DNA of 64,000 bases from Candidatus Abyssobacteria bacterium SURF_17 (GCA_003598055.1 QZKI01000062.1:9131-73130); one strand, 5' to 3'; numbered from the stretch's first letter, positions 9,658-20,382 are shown. The notes: generated by a model not told the origin, from the letters alone. Numbers and translations: made by a program.

Positions 9658-11481
9658 TTACACGCTGAACGCGTTCTCCGGTATTTCGATGCAGCTCCTG
9701 TCTTTGTTCTCGATTATCTTGGCCTTCATCTCAACGCCGGGAAGAATGTTGTTCACGAAGAATCTGGCTGCGTGGACTTTGCCGGAATAGAATGCGTAGT
9801 CGATGCTGTCCGGGGCCAGTTTCTCCATCTTTTCGCTTGCGAGAGCGGCCTGCTCGACAAGCTCGCGTCCGATAACGATTTCACCGAACATGTGGAGGTA
9901 CCGCGTCGCGATGGACATCACGTAGTCGAGGTCGCCTTCCATGGCGAACCCGGCTATCTTCATGGTGGTTTCAAGCAGGATGTTCTTCGCGGCGTCGAGC
10001 TTCTCGGCCAGGTCTGCAACCTTGGGTTTTCCCTTGATCGCGCCGATGGCCTCATCGAAGTTCGCCATGTAGCTCTGCATCAGGGCGCCACCGCCGATGT
10101 TCAATTTGCGCCCAATCAGGTCGGCTGCCTGGATGAAGTTGGTGCCCTCGAATATCATTGCAATTCGCGCATCGCGGCAGTACTGCTCGACGGGATATTC
10201 CTGGCAGTAGCCGTATCCGCCGTAGCACTGCATGGCCATGGAGGTCATGTCGAACGCCATGTCGGAGCAGTAGGCCTTGATAATCGGGGTCATGAGGTCA
10301 ACGAATCCCTGATAGAAATTGCGTTTTTCCTCGTCGGGATGCCCATGGGCAAGGTCGTCGTACATCGCCAGCCGGAAGGCGAACGCCCGCATCCCTTCGG
10401 CGTAGGATTTCTGGAGGAGCAGCATGCGGCGCACGTCGGAGTGTTTGATGATGGGCACGCGTGGTGCGTTCGGGTCCCTCATCGCCTTGACATCGACGCC
10501 CTGAATGCGCTCCTGCGAGTATTGCACGGCATTTTCGAACGCGGCAGCCGCAAGCGCGATTCCCTGGAGACCGGTCGAAATGCGTGCTTCATTCATCATC
10601 TGGAACATTTGCCTCATGCCCTTGTTTTCTTCGTCTCCGAGCAGGTAGCCGCGGCATGGGCCGTCCTCCCCGAAGTTGAGCGTGCACGTGGCCGAACCCT
10701 TGATGCCCATTTTGTGCTCGATGCCGGCGCACGTAACGTTGTTAGATTTTCCCTCAGTCCCGTCGTCGTTCACCCAATACTTGGGCACGATGAACTGGCT
10801 TATTCCCTTTGTTCCCGGCGGGGCGCCCTCGACGCGCGCGAGCACTCCGTGAATGATGTTCTTTGTCAGGTCGTGGTTGCCAGCGGTGATGAAGCACTTG
10901 GTTCCCGTGATCAGGTACGTGTCGCCGTCCTTCTTGGCTGAGGTGCGTATATCGCCGACCGCGCTCCCGGCCTGTGGCTCCGTGAGGCACATTGTTCCGC
11001 CCCATTCGCCCTTGTAAAGCCTCTCGCAATACAGGTTCCGGAGCTTGTCGGGCCCGAAGTTCTCGACCATGTGGGCGACGCCCGGTCCGCCGAAATAGAG
11101 CATGAACGACGTGCATGCGCCAAAGAAGATCTCTGCACTGGCCATGGCGATCACGCCCGGGAGCCCCTGGCCGCCCCACTCGGGGCTGTTGGACATCGCT
11201 ATCCAGCCGTTCTCGCACGCAAGCTTGTAGGCCTTATGAAACTCAGTCGGGACCTTTACGTCTCCCCCCTTTTCATAACGGGCGGCCTCGCGGTCCGAAT
11301 CTTGATTCAAAGGGCCGAGCACCTCCTGCGCGAACTTGATCGCCTCGCTGACGATCATGTCAAAATCGTCGCGCGAGAAATCCTTATACTTCTCAAGCTC
11401 GCAGAGCTGCTCCACTTTCAGTTGCTCGTTCAGCACGAAATCCACATCTCGTTTGTTGATGCGATAGTAATTGTTCCCCAT
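9658..11481 (-). CDS. acyl-CoA dehydrogenase family protein (long ~600-aa form with extended C-terminal domain)
   Basis: 607 aa. ACAD N, middle and C domains (GGTMCLTEPQAGS; YGGYGYCQEYPVEQYCRDARIAMIFEGTN) plus a ~150-aa C-terminal extension. Confidence 0.8.
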   Translation of the reverse strand: MGNNYYRINKRDVDFVLNEQLKVEQLCELEKYKDFSRDDFDMIVSEAIKFAQEVLGPLNQDSDREAARYEKGGDVKVPTEFHKAYKLACENGWIAMSNSPEWGGQGLPGVIAMASAEIFFGACTSFMLYFGGPGVAHMVENFGPDKLRNLYCERLYKGEWGGTMCLTEPQAGSAVGDIRTSAKKDGDTYLITGTKCFITAGNHDLTKNIIHGVLARVEGAPPGTKGISQFIVPKYWVNDDGTEGKSNNVTCAGIEHKMGIKGSATCTLNFGEDGPCRGYLLGDEENKGMRQMFQMMNEARISTGLQGIALAAAAFENAVQYSQERIQGVDVKAMRDPNAPRVPIIKHSDVRRMLLLQKSYAEGMRAFAFRLAMYDDLAHGHPDEEKRNFYQGFVDLMTPIIKAYCSDMAFDMTSMAMQCYGGYGYCQEYPVEQYCRDARIAMIFEGTNFIQAADLIGRKLNIGGGALMQSYMANFDEAIGAIKGKPKVADLAEKLDAAKNILLETTMKIAGFAMEGDLDYVMSIATRYLHMFGEIVIGRELVEQAALASEKMEKLAPDSIDYAFYSGKVHAARFFVNNILPGVEMKAKIIENKDRSCIEIPENAFSV

Positions 11482-11669
11482 CGTTCTCTCTCCTTTTGGA
11501 GGCTAACCTGACAAATGTAAACTCATTCAACACTGCCAGCGAACCGAATGGGCCAGCCCGATTAGATGAACAATCCCGGGCGGAGGGTGCCTCGTGGGGT
11601 CTTCCGGGTCGCTCTGGGGCTATTGTATCAGAAGATTATCGAAATTTCCACAAATTTTTACGCAATGCG

Positions 11670-13916
11670 TCATTGTGACTGGCTTCTTCTCCCAGCAGGC
11701 CTCCTCACCCCGCTCCTGCAACGCCGGAGGGAAATCGCAAGCAGACAGACGGCGGAAGCAATGCCTACCATTGAAAGCAATATGCCGATGCGCAAGCTGT
11801 GGGGCTTGAACACAAATTCGACCCGGTGCTTTCCGTCGGATACCAGGCACCCCACGAAGTCTCCGTAAACTCTTAGTGTATCTCCCCTTTTGCCGTCGAC
11901 CGACACGCGCCAACCGTCATGATAGCTCTCGGAGAGGATGAGGAGTTGGGGCGAATCGGCCTCTGTATCCACCGTGATTCTCCCCGGTCGGTCGGCTACT
12001 AGAGTGGCGGTTCCCGGAGTGTCACCCGACAAGCGCAGCGGTTCTTCAACCAACGCTGCGGACGCGACATCAACAGCTTCTATGTCTCTCTTTGGGTCCG
12101 AGGTTACGACCGCGTTGGTCACGAGACGCACGCGGGGGAGCGGTTCAGGGACTGGCACGCCATAGACCGTTCCAGTCATCAGGTAGCGCGTTTTGTCGTA
12201 CTTACTCCAAATCCATCGAACGCCTGCCACGCGCAACCGGGCGGTGCTAAGCGGCTCGAGTTTTCGTTCGGGAGGCATGCTCACATAGCCATCCGCAATA
12301 CGAATCCCCTTCAGAATCCATGTGTTATCATCCGTCTGAATGCGATATTGCCCCATTCCCGGCGGGGTTGGAGCAAAGTCTTTGAAAGAGTCGAGACGAG
12401 CACCGGTGTCGTTCTTCAGGATGTAAGAAAGACCGTAGATGCCTTGATCGACGACCCCAAAAAGGATAATGGCAGCAAGCGCATAGCGATTCCACCGAAG
12501 CGCCAAAGCAGCAAGGCCAGCCGCTACGATGAAGAGTGCCGGACCCACGAATATCAGATGGACTGTCGTCAAGCCCGGCCCAAAGTACCGCGACAGAATT
12601 GTCTGGGGATGGGTCTGAATCCATAGCCGCGCCATCAATGGCATAAAGCTGATCAAGGCTACGGCGAACAAGGCGAAGAACAAGCGATGATTAGGCCGCT
12701 TCCGGCTCTGGGCCACTATTGAAAGGTCGGCGAACGCGACTGCCGTCCACACTGCTGCCGCGAGGTGGAACAGCACCAGGTAGCGGCATGGCGCCCGAAA
12801 TACCTGAACGAATGGCAGCAGTGACTGTAGGCGATAAAGATATCCATAATTGCCCATACTCAGAACCAACGAGATAACCCCCAATGCGAAGCTGCCGAGA
12901 GCAAGGCGGCGAATTGCGCCGAGCTTCTTCATCCGCATCCCAAGCAAGACTCCAAGAACAACAGCAATTGCGCCGTTGTACGCCTTCAACTCATATGGAA
13001 TGCCTTTGAATGCAAGGCTCGTAAAGTAGTATGGTGCAATAATTTGCAGAATGTGTGTAGGGTGCAGCGACGGCCAGGAGCGAGGCCACAGCAGCCGCTG
13101 TGACTTTGAGGCGCAATCCCAGCTCGGCACGAGTTGGATGCAACCCGCGAGTACCCCCAGCATCTTGGCCGAACCGAGCCACAGTATCTTATGAATGTTG
13201 CCATACGGCCGCAGAAGGAGGAGCACATACAGGAACTCTATCAGGGAAGAAAACCAGAACACTTGAGGGTGGCCGAGAAGCAACTGTGATGCCGTGAAAA
13301 GCGACAGCCCGAAGCGGGCAAGTGCGACGCGTCGTCTCTCCGTTCCGCGCATTACAATATCAATGAAATAGAGCATCCAGGGGATATGGGCGGTGACGGA
13401 TATGGCATTGATGTGCATGTAATGCAGAAGGTTGAACCCGCTAAAGGTGAACATGAATGCTCCGAGCATACCGGCATCGCGCGGAATCTCCCACCGTCTG
13501 AGAAACAAGAACATGCCTATAAGCATGAATGGGTAGTTCAAGAGCAGTTCGAGATTGAATGCGGCTGAGAACGGTAATGTTCTGTAAAGAACGAGGTGGA
13601 GCGGATGGAACATGCCAACGACGCCGTCGCCGTGAAGGTAGAAGCCGCACAGCACGTCCGGCATCCATATTGGACTTTCACCTTGGTTGAGGCATTCAGC
13701 ATAGAAGAACCGCATCGGCAGATGCTGTCTGCTCAGGTCGTCGTGCTTGTAAATGCGTCCACGGAGGAGCGGCAGTGCAAGGACACAAAGTATCACAACT
13801 GTTGCCGTCAGCCCTATCCGGTAGCCTCGCGTCTCATTGACATAAGAAGCGGAAGACGGCGGGTATGGCGTTGGAGGCTGCGCTGTAGCCGCATTATCAC
13901 TGGGCTCTGGCATCAT
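11670..13916 (-). CDS. YfhO-family GT-C-fold membrane glycosyltransferase-like protein
   Basis: 748 aa with >12 predicted TM segments. N-terminal motif ...ECLNQGESPIWMPDVLCGFYLHGDG resembles the YfhO signature (GExPLWNP...GG). Large extracytoplasmic C-terminal region. Confidence 0.55.
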   Translation of the reverse strand: MMPEPSDNAATAQPPTPYPPSSASYVNETRGYRIGLTATVVILCVLALPLLRGRIYKHDDLSRQHLPMRFFYAECLNQGESPIWMPDVLCGFYLHGDGVVGMFHPLHLVLYRTLPFSAAFNLELLLNYPFMLIGMFLFLRRWEIPRDAGMLGAFMFTFSGFNLLHYMHINAISVTAHIPWMLYFIDIVMRGTERRRVALARFGLSLFTASQLLLGHPQVFWFSSLIEFLYVLLLLRPYGNIHKILWLGSAKMLGVLAGCIQLVPSWDCASKSQRLLWPRSWPSLHPTHILQIIAPYYFTSLAFKGIPYELKAYNGAIAVVLGVLLGMRMKKLGAIRRLALGSFALGVISLVLSMGNYGYLYRLQSLLPFVQVFRAPCRYLVLFHLAAAVWTAVAFADLSIVAQSRKRPNHRLFFALFAVALISFMPLMARLWIQTHPQTILSRYFGPGLTTVHLIFVGPALFIVAAGLAALALRWNRYALAAIILFGVVDQGIYGLSYILKNDTGARLDSFKDFAPTPPGMGQYRIQTDDNTWILKGIRIADGYVSMPPERKLEPLSTARLRVAGVRWIWSKYDKTRYLMTGTVYGVPVPEPLPRVRLVTNAVVTSDPKRDIEAVDVASAALVEEPLRLSGDTPGTATLVADRPGRITVDTEADSPQLLILSESYHDGWRVSVDGKRGDTLRVYGDFVGCLVSDGKHRVEFVFKPHSLRIGILLSMVGIASAVCLLAISLRRCRSGVRRPAGRRSQSQ

Positions 13917-15525
13917 GAGCCTTATTCCTCACATCGTACATACGGATGTCGGGACCGCGCGACCTTGCTCCCTCTCTCCTCCATTCCCGGAACGGGAATC
14001 TTTCAGCAAGCGCCTGGTAGGGTCTGTCTTCCCAGCTCGCATATCTCCCCCACTGCTTTTCACTGACCACAACATAGTCATAGTTCTGTATAATCTCCTT
14101 AAGGGGCATGCGGCTGATTGTCCATATGGAGTCCGTCTCGAATTTGCCGGAGAAATAGAGCTGTGGGCAGTAGGCTTCATATAGGATGCGCGACCTGGGG
14201 GGAACATTTTCGGAAATCCATTCGTAGGCGATTGTTCGGTTATCGGGTACTCTCATCTCTCGCCATGTGAGGCGAATCCTTTGGAAGGATATCCAACCGG
14301 CAACGCAGAAAACCACGACCATGGGTAATGCGGTGCGGAGCACCATTCTCTTGTGTGACGGGCGCGATGCCGTCATTGTGACAGCTCCCCAGACTCCGAC
14401 TGCGGTCATGCAGTCGAGCACGGGAAGCAACGGGAGGAGATGGCGCGAAAAGTATACCTTTGCGGCGCTGACCATCCCGAGAAACAGCAATGCCGTGAAA
14501 CCCACCAGGGCCAACGGTTTCCGGACTTTTTTCTCGTATGCCGCCAAGGGAGAGAGCAGAGCAAACACCACCAGGACTGAATGCTGGTTGAGGAGACCAT
14601 TGACCGCCTTGAGAAAGCTCACCCCCTGATCGGCGCCGGGGTGACCCATTGAGTAGTGCACAAAATCATAGGGCATACCGACGGCTGGGTCGAGAAATGT
14701 TTTCATGTCCAGCACAGCGTAAGGCGTTGTTGCAGCGAAAATGGAAACAGCCAGCAGGGCGGTCAGAGGCAGTCTGGAGACGCTCCAGCGCAATGGTTTC
14801 CCGGCGAACCAGACGGCGAGAGGCACGCCGAGGAGCACCGCTGCGCCATTGTATTTGGCGCCTGCGGCCAGTCCACCCAAGATTGCGGCGCACCAGATGT
14901 GGCGCTCCTTGCATTGTCCCTGCCGGGCTGATTCCGAGAAGGCGACCAACTGCGACACCGATGCAATCACGAAGAACGTCATCGGCATGTCCACCGTCAC
15001 GTAGACCGCGCTGTCGCGAACCAGGTTGCTCCCGACAAATGTGATTCCAGCAAGGGAGGCGACGAGTGACGAACTCATCCGTGAGGTGAGGCGCAGGAGG
15101 AGATAAAGTGTGCCGACGGAAAAGCAGATTGTTGCAATGCGCGCTGTGTGGTAGATGCTGAACACCTCGGGGTCCACCCCGCGCACGCTCAGAGTCACAC
15201 ACTGCCCGAGCGGGATATGGAAGAACAGGGAGAGAAGCTTCAGAATAGCCGCATGAACATAAATGACAAGCGTCGGATAATGGAACCAATGGGGATTCAA
15301 ATCTCCCGTCAACGCGATCCGTGCGGCCCGAGCGATGACATCCGGCTCGTCCGCATGATAGATGAAGGGAGCATTGATATTGACGAAGCGGCCCCAGTAT
15401 ACTACCGCAACCACGAGCAGGGCAGCGTGAACCGCGAGCGCAATGCGGTCTCGGCGCGCCGTCTGCAAGGGAATATCTTGAATCTTATCTGGTCTTCTCA
15501 AAGAGGGCTTCGATGTCTGACACAA
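13897..15525 (-). CDS. GT-C glycosyltransferase, family 39/83-like (ArnT / PMT_2-like)
   Basis: Multi-TM protein with an early loop motif (YHADEP) and a C-terminal soluble domain, typical of polyprenyl-P-sugar-dependent GT39/ArnT enzymes. Overlaps the upstream methyltransferase by ~40 bp, so the true start may be internal. Confidence 0.6.
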   Translation of the reverse strand: MCQTSKPSLRRPDKIQDIPLQTARRDRIALAVHAALLVVAVVYWGRFVNINAPFIYHADEPDVIARAARIALTGDLNPHWFHYPTLVIYVHAAILKLLSLFFHIPLGQCVTLSVRGVDPEVFSIYHTARIATICFSVGTLYLLLRLTSRMSSSLVASLAGITFVGSNLVRDSAVYVTVDMPMTFFVIASVSQLVAFSESARQGQCKERHIWCAAILGGLAAGAKYNGAAVLLGVPLAVWFAGKPLRWSVSRLPLTALLAVSIFAATTPYAVLDMKTFLDPAVGMPYDFVHYSMGHPGADQGVSFLKAVNGLLNQHSVLVVFALLSPLAAYEKKVRKPLALVGFTALLFLGMVSAAKVYFSRHLLPLLPVLDCMTAVGVWGAVTMTASRPSHKRMVLRTALPMVVVFCVAGWISFQRIRLTWREMRVPDNRTIAYEWISENVPPRSRILYEAYCPQLYFSGKFETDSIWTISRMPLKEIIQNYDYVVVSEKQWGRYASWEDRPYQALAERFPFREWRREGARSRGPDIRMYDVRNKAHDARAQ

Positions 15526-16462
15526 TCAGATTATCAAGACACTTGGTCTTACTCTTGAAGCATGAAGGAAATCTTGCAATCAAGTCCACGTGCAGGGGAT
15601 TATATGCTTCACGGTATCTCACTTTTCTCAGCCTGTGAGAATACCGGCTCCACAAGTTTCGATAGTCTTCCACCGACCACATATTCAGCCCGCTGCAAGT
15701 GATTGGCCTCAACCCGTTTGCGTGAGCGAATGCTTCAAGCAACTCCTTTGGAAAGAGTAAGTGATGATACGGAACGCTGATTGACCTGTAGCCATGCGAA
15801 CCTTTCGGAGACATATAAAGCGGCCCGAAGACGAGATAGACATAACCACCCTTTCTGACTACCCGGATGACCTCCTGCAGCACCCGCTCGGGTTCGGCAA
15901 AATGCTCGAACGCATTGTAGGAGAAGACACAATCGAAGGTTTCGTCGTTGAATTGCAGGTGAGCGGCGTCCATTCGCAGAAATGTGACGCCTTCGCGCAT
16001 CGCCTTATCGTCGAAACTGTCGACTCGAATGTCAATGGCCGTAGCCATTTTGCCCATACGTTTGAGGAAATAACTTGTCAGCCCGTCCCAGCATCCGAGC
16101 TCCAAGAAACTGTTCATTGTGTCTCGCTTGTCATCAATCATTCTCAGAATTTCGTTTGCCCGGTTTCTTCCTCTGGCTTCACGGCTTTGGGAATCGCGGC
16201 CGTAGTCAGGAGGAGAAGGATACTCCTGCTGGAGCGATTCCAGGGTATCCATGCCAAGCCAGGCGGGGTTTTCCGGCGCTTGTTCAAAGATTCTCGTGAT
16301 TTTGCGCGTCTTCAGCCTTGTGAGAAGGAACATAAGCTCATTAAGAGCCCCGCTTGGAATATATTTCATGATCAGCCGCCTCAGCGGCGGCGAATACGAT
16401 ATTCGCTGGAGAACCGTCCGGCTCCTCATGCAGGAGTTGCACGAATTACTGTCGGCAGGCAT
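15485..16462 (-). CDS. class I SAM-dependent methyltransferase
   Basis: Motif I LELGCWDG and post-I/II motifs (VRKGGYVYLVFGP). N-terminal ~100-aa extension of unclear status. Confidence 0.7.
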   Translation of the reverse strand: MPADSNSCNSCMRSRTVLQRISYSPPLRRLIMKYIPSGALNELMFLLTRLKTRKITRIFEQAPENPAWLGMDTLESLQQEYPSPPDYGRDSQSREARGRNRANEILRMIDDKRDTMNSFLELGCWDGLTSYFLKRMGKMATAIDIRVDSFDDKAMREGVTFLRMDAAHLQFNDETFDCVFSYNAFEHFAEPERVLQEVIRVVRKGGYVYLVFGPLYMSPKGSHGYRSISVPYHHLLFPKELLEAFAHANGLRPITCSGLNMWSVEDYRNLWSRYSHRLRKVRYREAYNPLHVDLIARFPSCFKSKTKCLDNLIVSDIEALFEKTR

Positions 16463-16682
16463 GATTCATCCCCGTCCATTGGCACATAAGAATCAATCTG
16501 GCATCCTGTCCTGCAATCTGAGGCAGGAGAATATATTGCCCTCATAAAGACTAACCCAACGTATTTCTTAAGTCAAGCATCAGCAGCCAGTCTTCCGCCC
16601 CAAACTATACCTTCCCGGGACAGCGCTTCCGAATCTTCTTTCATGCCAGGCGGTCTGAAGCTTCGTAACATAGCTTCATTTC

Positions 16683-16710
16683 TTGACATCGGAAAATTTG
16701 GTGTGATAAT
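16683..16710 (+). promoter_or_regulatory. sigma70-like promoter candidate (TTGACA-16-TGtGATAAT, extended -10) upstream of the nucleotide-sugar dehydrogenase operon
   Basis: Seen directly: ttgaca at 16683-16688 and tgtgataat ending at 16710. It sits ~185 bp before the ATG at 16897. A GGAGGA RBS lies 12 nt before that ATG. Confidence 0.35.
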
Positions 16711-16896
16711 ATCGGTTTGATTCAGAGAGCGCTCTTCGCAATGTTTCCTGAGGAAAACCCGCCTTTGCCCAAACCTAACGCGGTGGCTGCACGCGAAAGG
16801 TTGTTCCGTAATGGCAGCCGTTGCGGAGGGGTGTTGTACTCATTGCCCTGCTGGTGCTTTTAGGCGAGGTCAGGTCTGGAGGAGATTCGGTTCGGG

Positions 16897-18156
16897 ATGC
16901 CAAAAAAGATATGCGTATTGGGGCTTGGCTATGTCGGGCTGCCGACGGCCTGTATGTTCGCGGTGCAGGGGTTCACAGTGGTAGGTGTTGACGTAAAACC
17001 GGGGGTAGTCGAGACCATATCAAAGGGAGGCGTCCACATTGAAGAGGCTGGCTTGAAGACGATGCTTCAGGCCGCCATAAACAGCCGAAACCTTGTGGCG
17101 CGAGCCGAGGTTGAGGCCGCCGACGCATTCATCATCGCCGTTCCGACACCGCTAACATCCGACCGACGAGCCGACATCAGCTATGTGGAGCGGTCTGCCC
17201 GGTCACTGGTTTCTGTTCTTGCGCCGGGTAACCTCGTCATACTCGAGTCGACCGTTCCTCCGGGAACCACGGCGCACCTTCTCTGCCAAATCCTGTCAGA
17301 ATCGGGTTTGAAGCCGGGAGCTGATTTCCATGTCGCACATTCGCCCGAGAGAGTGCTCCCCGGCAATATCTTCAATGAATTGGTTTCAAATGACCGCGTC
17401 ATTGGAGGGCTTACACCGGAATGCGCGAAGGCGGCGTGCCGGCTTTATAAGACATTCGTGCAGGGAGAAATCTTCCTGACCGACGCGACCACGGCAGAGA
17501 TGGTGAAGCTTGTCGAGAACACATTCCGCGACGTCAATATCGCGCTCGCGAACGAGCTGTTCCTGCTTGCGGCAGAAAACGACGTGAATATATTCGAGAT
17601 AATAGCGCTGGCCAACCGGCACTCGCGGGTAAATGTTCACCAACCTGGTCCGGGTGTGGGCGGTCATTGCATTCCTATTGACCCATGGTTCATCATCGAG
17701 AAATCGAGCGAGGCCGGCAAACTCATCAAGCATGCGCGCACGGTGAATGACTCGATGCCTCAGCGAATCGTTGACCTGGTGGGAGAAATAGTCGGCGACG
17801 GGTCAGACAAGAAAATCAGCGTCTGGGGAGTCGCTTACAAGGGAAACGTTGATGATACCCGTGAGACACCCGCCGTTCCGATCATCGATGGGTTGAAGAA
17901 TCGGAACTATAAGGTCGGCGTATTCGATTTTCACGTGAAGAATTTTCTCTATGAGCTGGACAGCCTCGAGCACGCAGTGTCGGATGCCGATTCCATTCTG
18001 CTCCTGGCGGACCATAAGGAATTCAGGTACCTCGACCCTCACCTTATCGGCCAGAGGATGCGACGCCGAGTCGTGATAGACACACGCAACTGCCTTGACC
18101 CGGAGAAGTGGAAGGAAGCCGGGTTCGAGTTCTATTTGCTGCGCAAGAAGTTGTGA
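16897..18156 (+). CDS. UDP-N-acetyl-D-mannosamine / UDP-sugar 6-dehydrogenase (WecC/Cap5O-like nucleotide-sugar dehydrogenase)
   Basis: N-terminal Rossmann KICVLGLGYVGLPTA. Catalytic segment GPGVGGHCIPIDPWF characteristic of WecC-type enzymes. 419 aa. Confidence 0.75.
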   Translation: MPKKICVLGLGYVGLPTACMFAVQGFTVVGVDVKPGVVETISKGGVHIEEAGLKTMLQAAINSRNLVARAEVEAADAFIIAVPTPLTSDRRADISYVERSARSLVSVLAPGNLVILESTVPPGTTAHLLCQILSESGLKPGADFHVAHSPERVLPGNIFNELVSNDRVIGGLTPECAKAACRLYKTFVQGEIFLTDATTAEMVKLVENTFRDVNIALANELFLLAAENDVNIFEIIALANRHSRVNVHQPGPGVGGHCIPIDPWFIIEKSSEAGKLIKHARTVNDSMPQRIVDLVGEIVGDGSDKKISVWGVAYKGNVDDTRETPAVPIIDGLKNRNYKVGVFDFHVKNFLYELDSLEHAVSDADSILLLADHKEFRYLDPHLIGQRMRRRVVIDTRNCLDPEKWKEAGFEFYLLRKKL

Positions 18157-18199
18157 GGGAGCCGGAATGTCCTGACAGTGGACGGCTGCCTCAGGCTCT

Positions 18200-19195
18200 T
18201 TGTCTTCACGCAGGAGAATCATGACCGATCCCGTGGAAGTTTACTGCAGCGTGGTGTCCCCCATGTTCAATGAGGAAGCAAACATCGCTTCCACAGTCAA
18301 TACTATCGAGCAGGTGATGTCGCGTACCGGCAAACCATGGGAGATGATTCTCGTCAACGACGGCAGCACGGACAACACCGAAGAAGCGGCTCGGCGAATC
18401 TGCCGTGAGAAGCCGTTCGCGAGGCTGGTCTCGTATACGCCGAATCGCGGCCGGGGAAAAGCGCTTCGCACAGGTTTCGCGGAGGCGCGGGGGAAATACG
18501 TCATCACGATAGAATCGGACCTGAGCTGGGATGCATCGCTCATACTCCGGATGCTCGAGATTCTCGAGGCCAACGAGAGCGATATGGTTCTTGCGTCGCC
18601 GTACGTGCGGGGAGGAACCACCGAAGGTGTGTCGGCCGGGCGTCTCCTCATAAGCCGGCTGGGGAATTTGCTGTTGAGTTTCGTGATTCCCGGTAATTTC
18701 CAAATGGTAACCCAGATGTTCCGGGCATATAAGCGGGAGGTCATTGACGCTCTCGAGCTTGAGTCTGACGATAAGGAAATCCACCTCGAAATCCTGTCAA
18801 AAGCGCTCGCGGTCGGCTATCGCGCCAAGGAGATACCCGCTGTCCTTCATTCCCGCAAGTCGGGCAAATCGAAATTCAAATTGGGAAAGACGACTATCTC
18901 CCATCTTGCGTTCTCGTACTTCGAGAAGCCGCTTTTCTTGTTAGGCCTGACCGGCCTCGCCTTTCTCGCCGTCGCAGTTGTCATTGGCATTCATCTCCTG
19001 TTCGAGTTTTCGCGAGGCAAGCTCAATCCTGACCGACCCCTGATGACGTTGCTCGTCATACTCATGATAGGAGGATTGCAGTTCCTTTCGCTGGGTCTCG
19101 TCGGTACTCAGATTGTTCAGCTTCGCAAGGAAATCTACCGCATCCAGATGAAACATCGTATGCTGGAAAGGGAAATCTCACGCATACAACGCTAA
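18200..19195 (+). CDS. GT2 polyprenyl-phosphate sugar synthase (Dpm1/ArnC/GtrB-like) with two C-terminal TM helices
   Basis: GT-A DxD region ...ILVNDGSTDNT..., ED motif and two C-terminal hydrophobic helices. This is the architecture of undecaprenyl-P-sugar synthases. Confidence 0.75.
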   Translation: MSSRRRIMTDPVEVYCSVVSPMFNEEANIASTVNTIEQVMSRTGKPWEMILVNDGSTDNTEEAARRICREKPFARLVSYTPNRGRGKALRTGFAEARGKYVITIESDLSWDASLILRMLEILEANESDMVLASPYVRGGTTEGVSAGRLLISRLGNLLLSFVIPGNFQMVTQMFRAYKREVIDALELESDDKEIHLEILSKALAVGYRAKEIPAVLHSRKSGKSKFKLGKTTISHLAFSYFEKPLFLLGLTGLAFLAVAVVIGIHLLFEFSRGKLNPDRPLMTLLVILMIGGLQFLSLGLVGTQIVQLRKEIYRIQMKHRMLEREISRIQR

Positions 19196-19212
19196 GAAAT
19201 GACCGCCCGCCC

Positions 19213-20382
19213 ATGTGCCGCCCAGTCTGCTTACTCACGAACGCGTATCCCGATTTTCCTGATTCCAATCGCGTTGTGTTTATGCGTTCTCTCGCCGGCC
19301 TGCTCTCGCAGAGGGGATGGTCGGTGACTGTCGTGGCTCCGCGCGTATTTGCCGGCAGCCGTGCTCGCGAGCGCGAGGACAAGGTCGAAGTGAGAAGGTT
19401 TCACTCGTTCCTGGCCGATAAGCTGCTCATCGAATATCCACGCGCGCCCGTGTTTCGTCTCGCAGGTTACATGGCGGCGGGCACGTGGGCGGCTGTCACG
19501 TGTGTCCGTCGTGGGAAATGCTCACTTATCCACGCGCATTGGGCGGTCCCTGCCGGGTTGATGGCTCTTGTCGCAGGGAAAGTGTGTAATGTGCCTGTCA
19601 TCGTGACCGTGCATGGCTCGGATTTGCTTGTCATCCCCAAGCGAAGCCGCCTGATGCACAAGCTGGTAAGATATGTGCTGAATAGCGCCGATGCCGTCAC
19701 GTCCGTGGCGGAGCATCTGACCTCCGAAATAGTGAACATGGGCGTCCCGCAGGAGAAAGTCCTCACGTTTCCGATGAGCGTGCCCACTGAATCGTTCAGT
19801 GCGGACGGACCAGTGCCTGAGGACTGGCCGTCTGGTCCAGTGGTTTTCAGCAACCGGAGCCTCTATCCTATCTATGATGTCGATGTAATCGTGAGAGCTG
19901 CTCCCGCGATTCTTGAAAAGGTCCCCGAGGCGCGCATCCTGATAGCGGGAGAAGGGCCGGAGAAAGAGAGGGTCGCCCGGTTGGCTCGAGAGCTCGGGGT
20001 CGCCGAACGCGTCGAGTTTCTAGGGGAGATTCCACACCATCAGATGCCGAGATACCTGCGCGGGGCTTCGGTTTATGTTTCGACTGCCCTATCCGACGGC
20101 GCATCAGTCTCGCTGCTCGAGGCAATGGCATGCGGAACCCTCCCCGTCGTTGCCGATATTCCCGCGAACCGCGAATGGATTCAGGAGGGTGAGAACGGTT
20201 TGTTCTTCCCGATTGACGATGCCGATGCTTTAGCTGCTCAAGTATTGCGGTGCCTTGATGATCCCGCCATAAGAACGCGAGCGCGCGAGATAAATGTTTC
20301 GTTGATCCACCAGAGGGCACAATGGAATTTGAACGTCGGGAAGTTGCTCGAGCTCTACGAGAAAGTTATCGCTCAGCGATAA
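19213..20382 (+). CDS. glycosyltransferase family 4
   Basis: GT-B C-terminal motif EGFGLSLLEAMACGTLPVVADIP... (E-x7-E region). Confidence 0.75.
   Translation: MCRPVCLLTNAYPDFPDSNRVVFMRSLAGLLSQRGWSVTVVAPRVFAGSRAREREDKVEVRRFHSFLADKLLIEYPRAPVFRLAGYMAAGTWAAVTCVRRGKCSLIHAHWAVPAGLMALVAGKVCNVPVIVTVHGSDLLVIPKRSRLMHKLVRYVLNSADAVTSVAEHLTSEIVNMGVPQEKVLTFPMSVPTESFSADGPVPEDWPSGPVVFSNRSLYPIYDVDVIVRAAPAILEKVPEARILIAGEGPEKERVARLARELGVAERVEFLGEIPHHQMPRYLRGASVYVSTALSDGASVSLLEAMACGTLPVVADIPANREWIQEGENGLFFPIDDADALAAQVLRCLDDPAIRTRAREINVSLIHQRAQWNLNVGKLLELYEKVIAQR

Noticed and set aside
9652-10941. Long plus-strand ORF (429 aa) antisense to the 607-aa acyl-CoA dehydrogenase. Similar antisense ORFs occur at 2263-3276(-), 679-1341(-), 1450-1989(-), 7554-8216(+), 22968-23162(-) and elsewhere.
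   Set aside because: High-GC antisense artefacts. The proteins are low-complexity (Arg/Ala/Gly-rich) with no domain signatures, while the opposite strand encodes clear conserved families.
16775-16800. gcggtggctgcacgcg resembling an enterobacterial ops/JUMPstart element upstream of the polysaccharide operon.
   Set aside because: Only 7 of 12 match to GGCGGTAGCGTG, and the RfaH/ops system is not expected in this lineage.
20322-20382. 60-bp overlap between consecutive GT4 genes that might signal a frameshift or pseudogene. Similar 5' ORF extensions occur at 30629 and 2242.
   Set aside because: Both flanking ORFs are full length with intact motifs. The overlaps are most simply over-extended ORF-track starts, and plausible internal starts exist.
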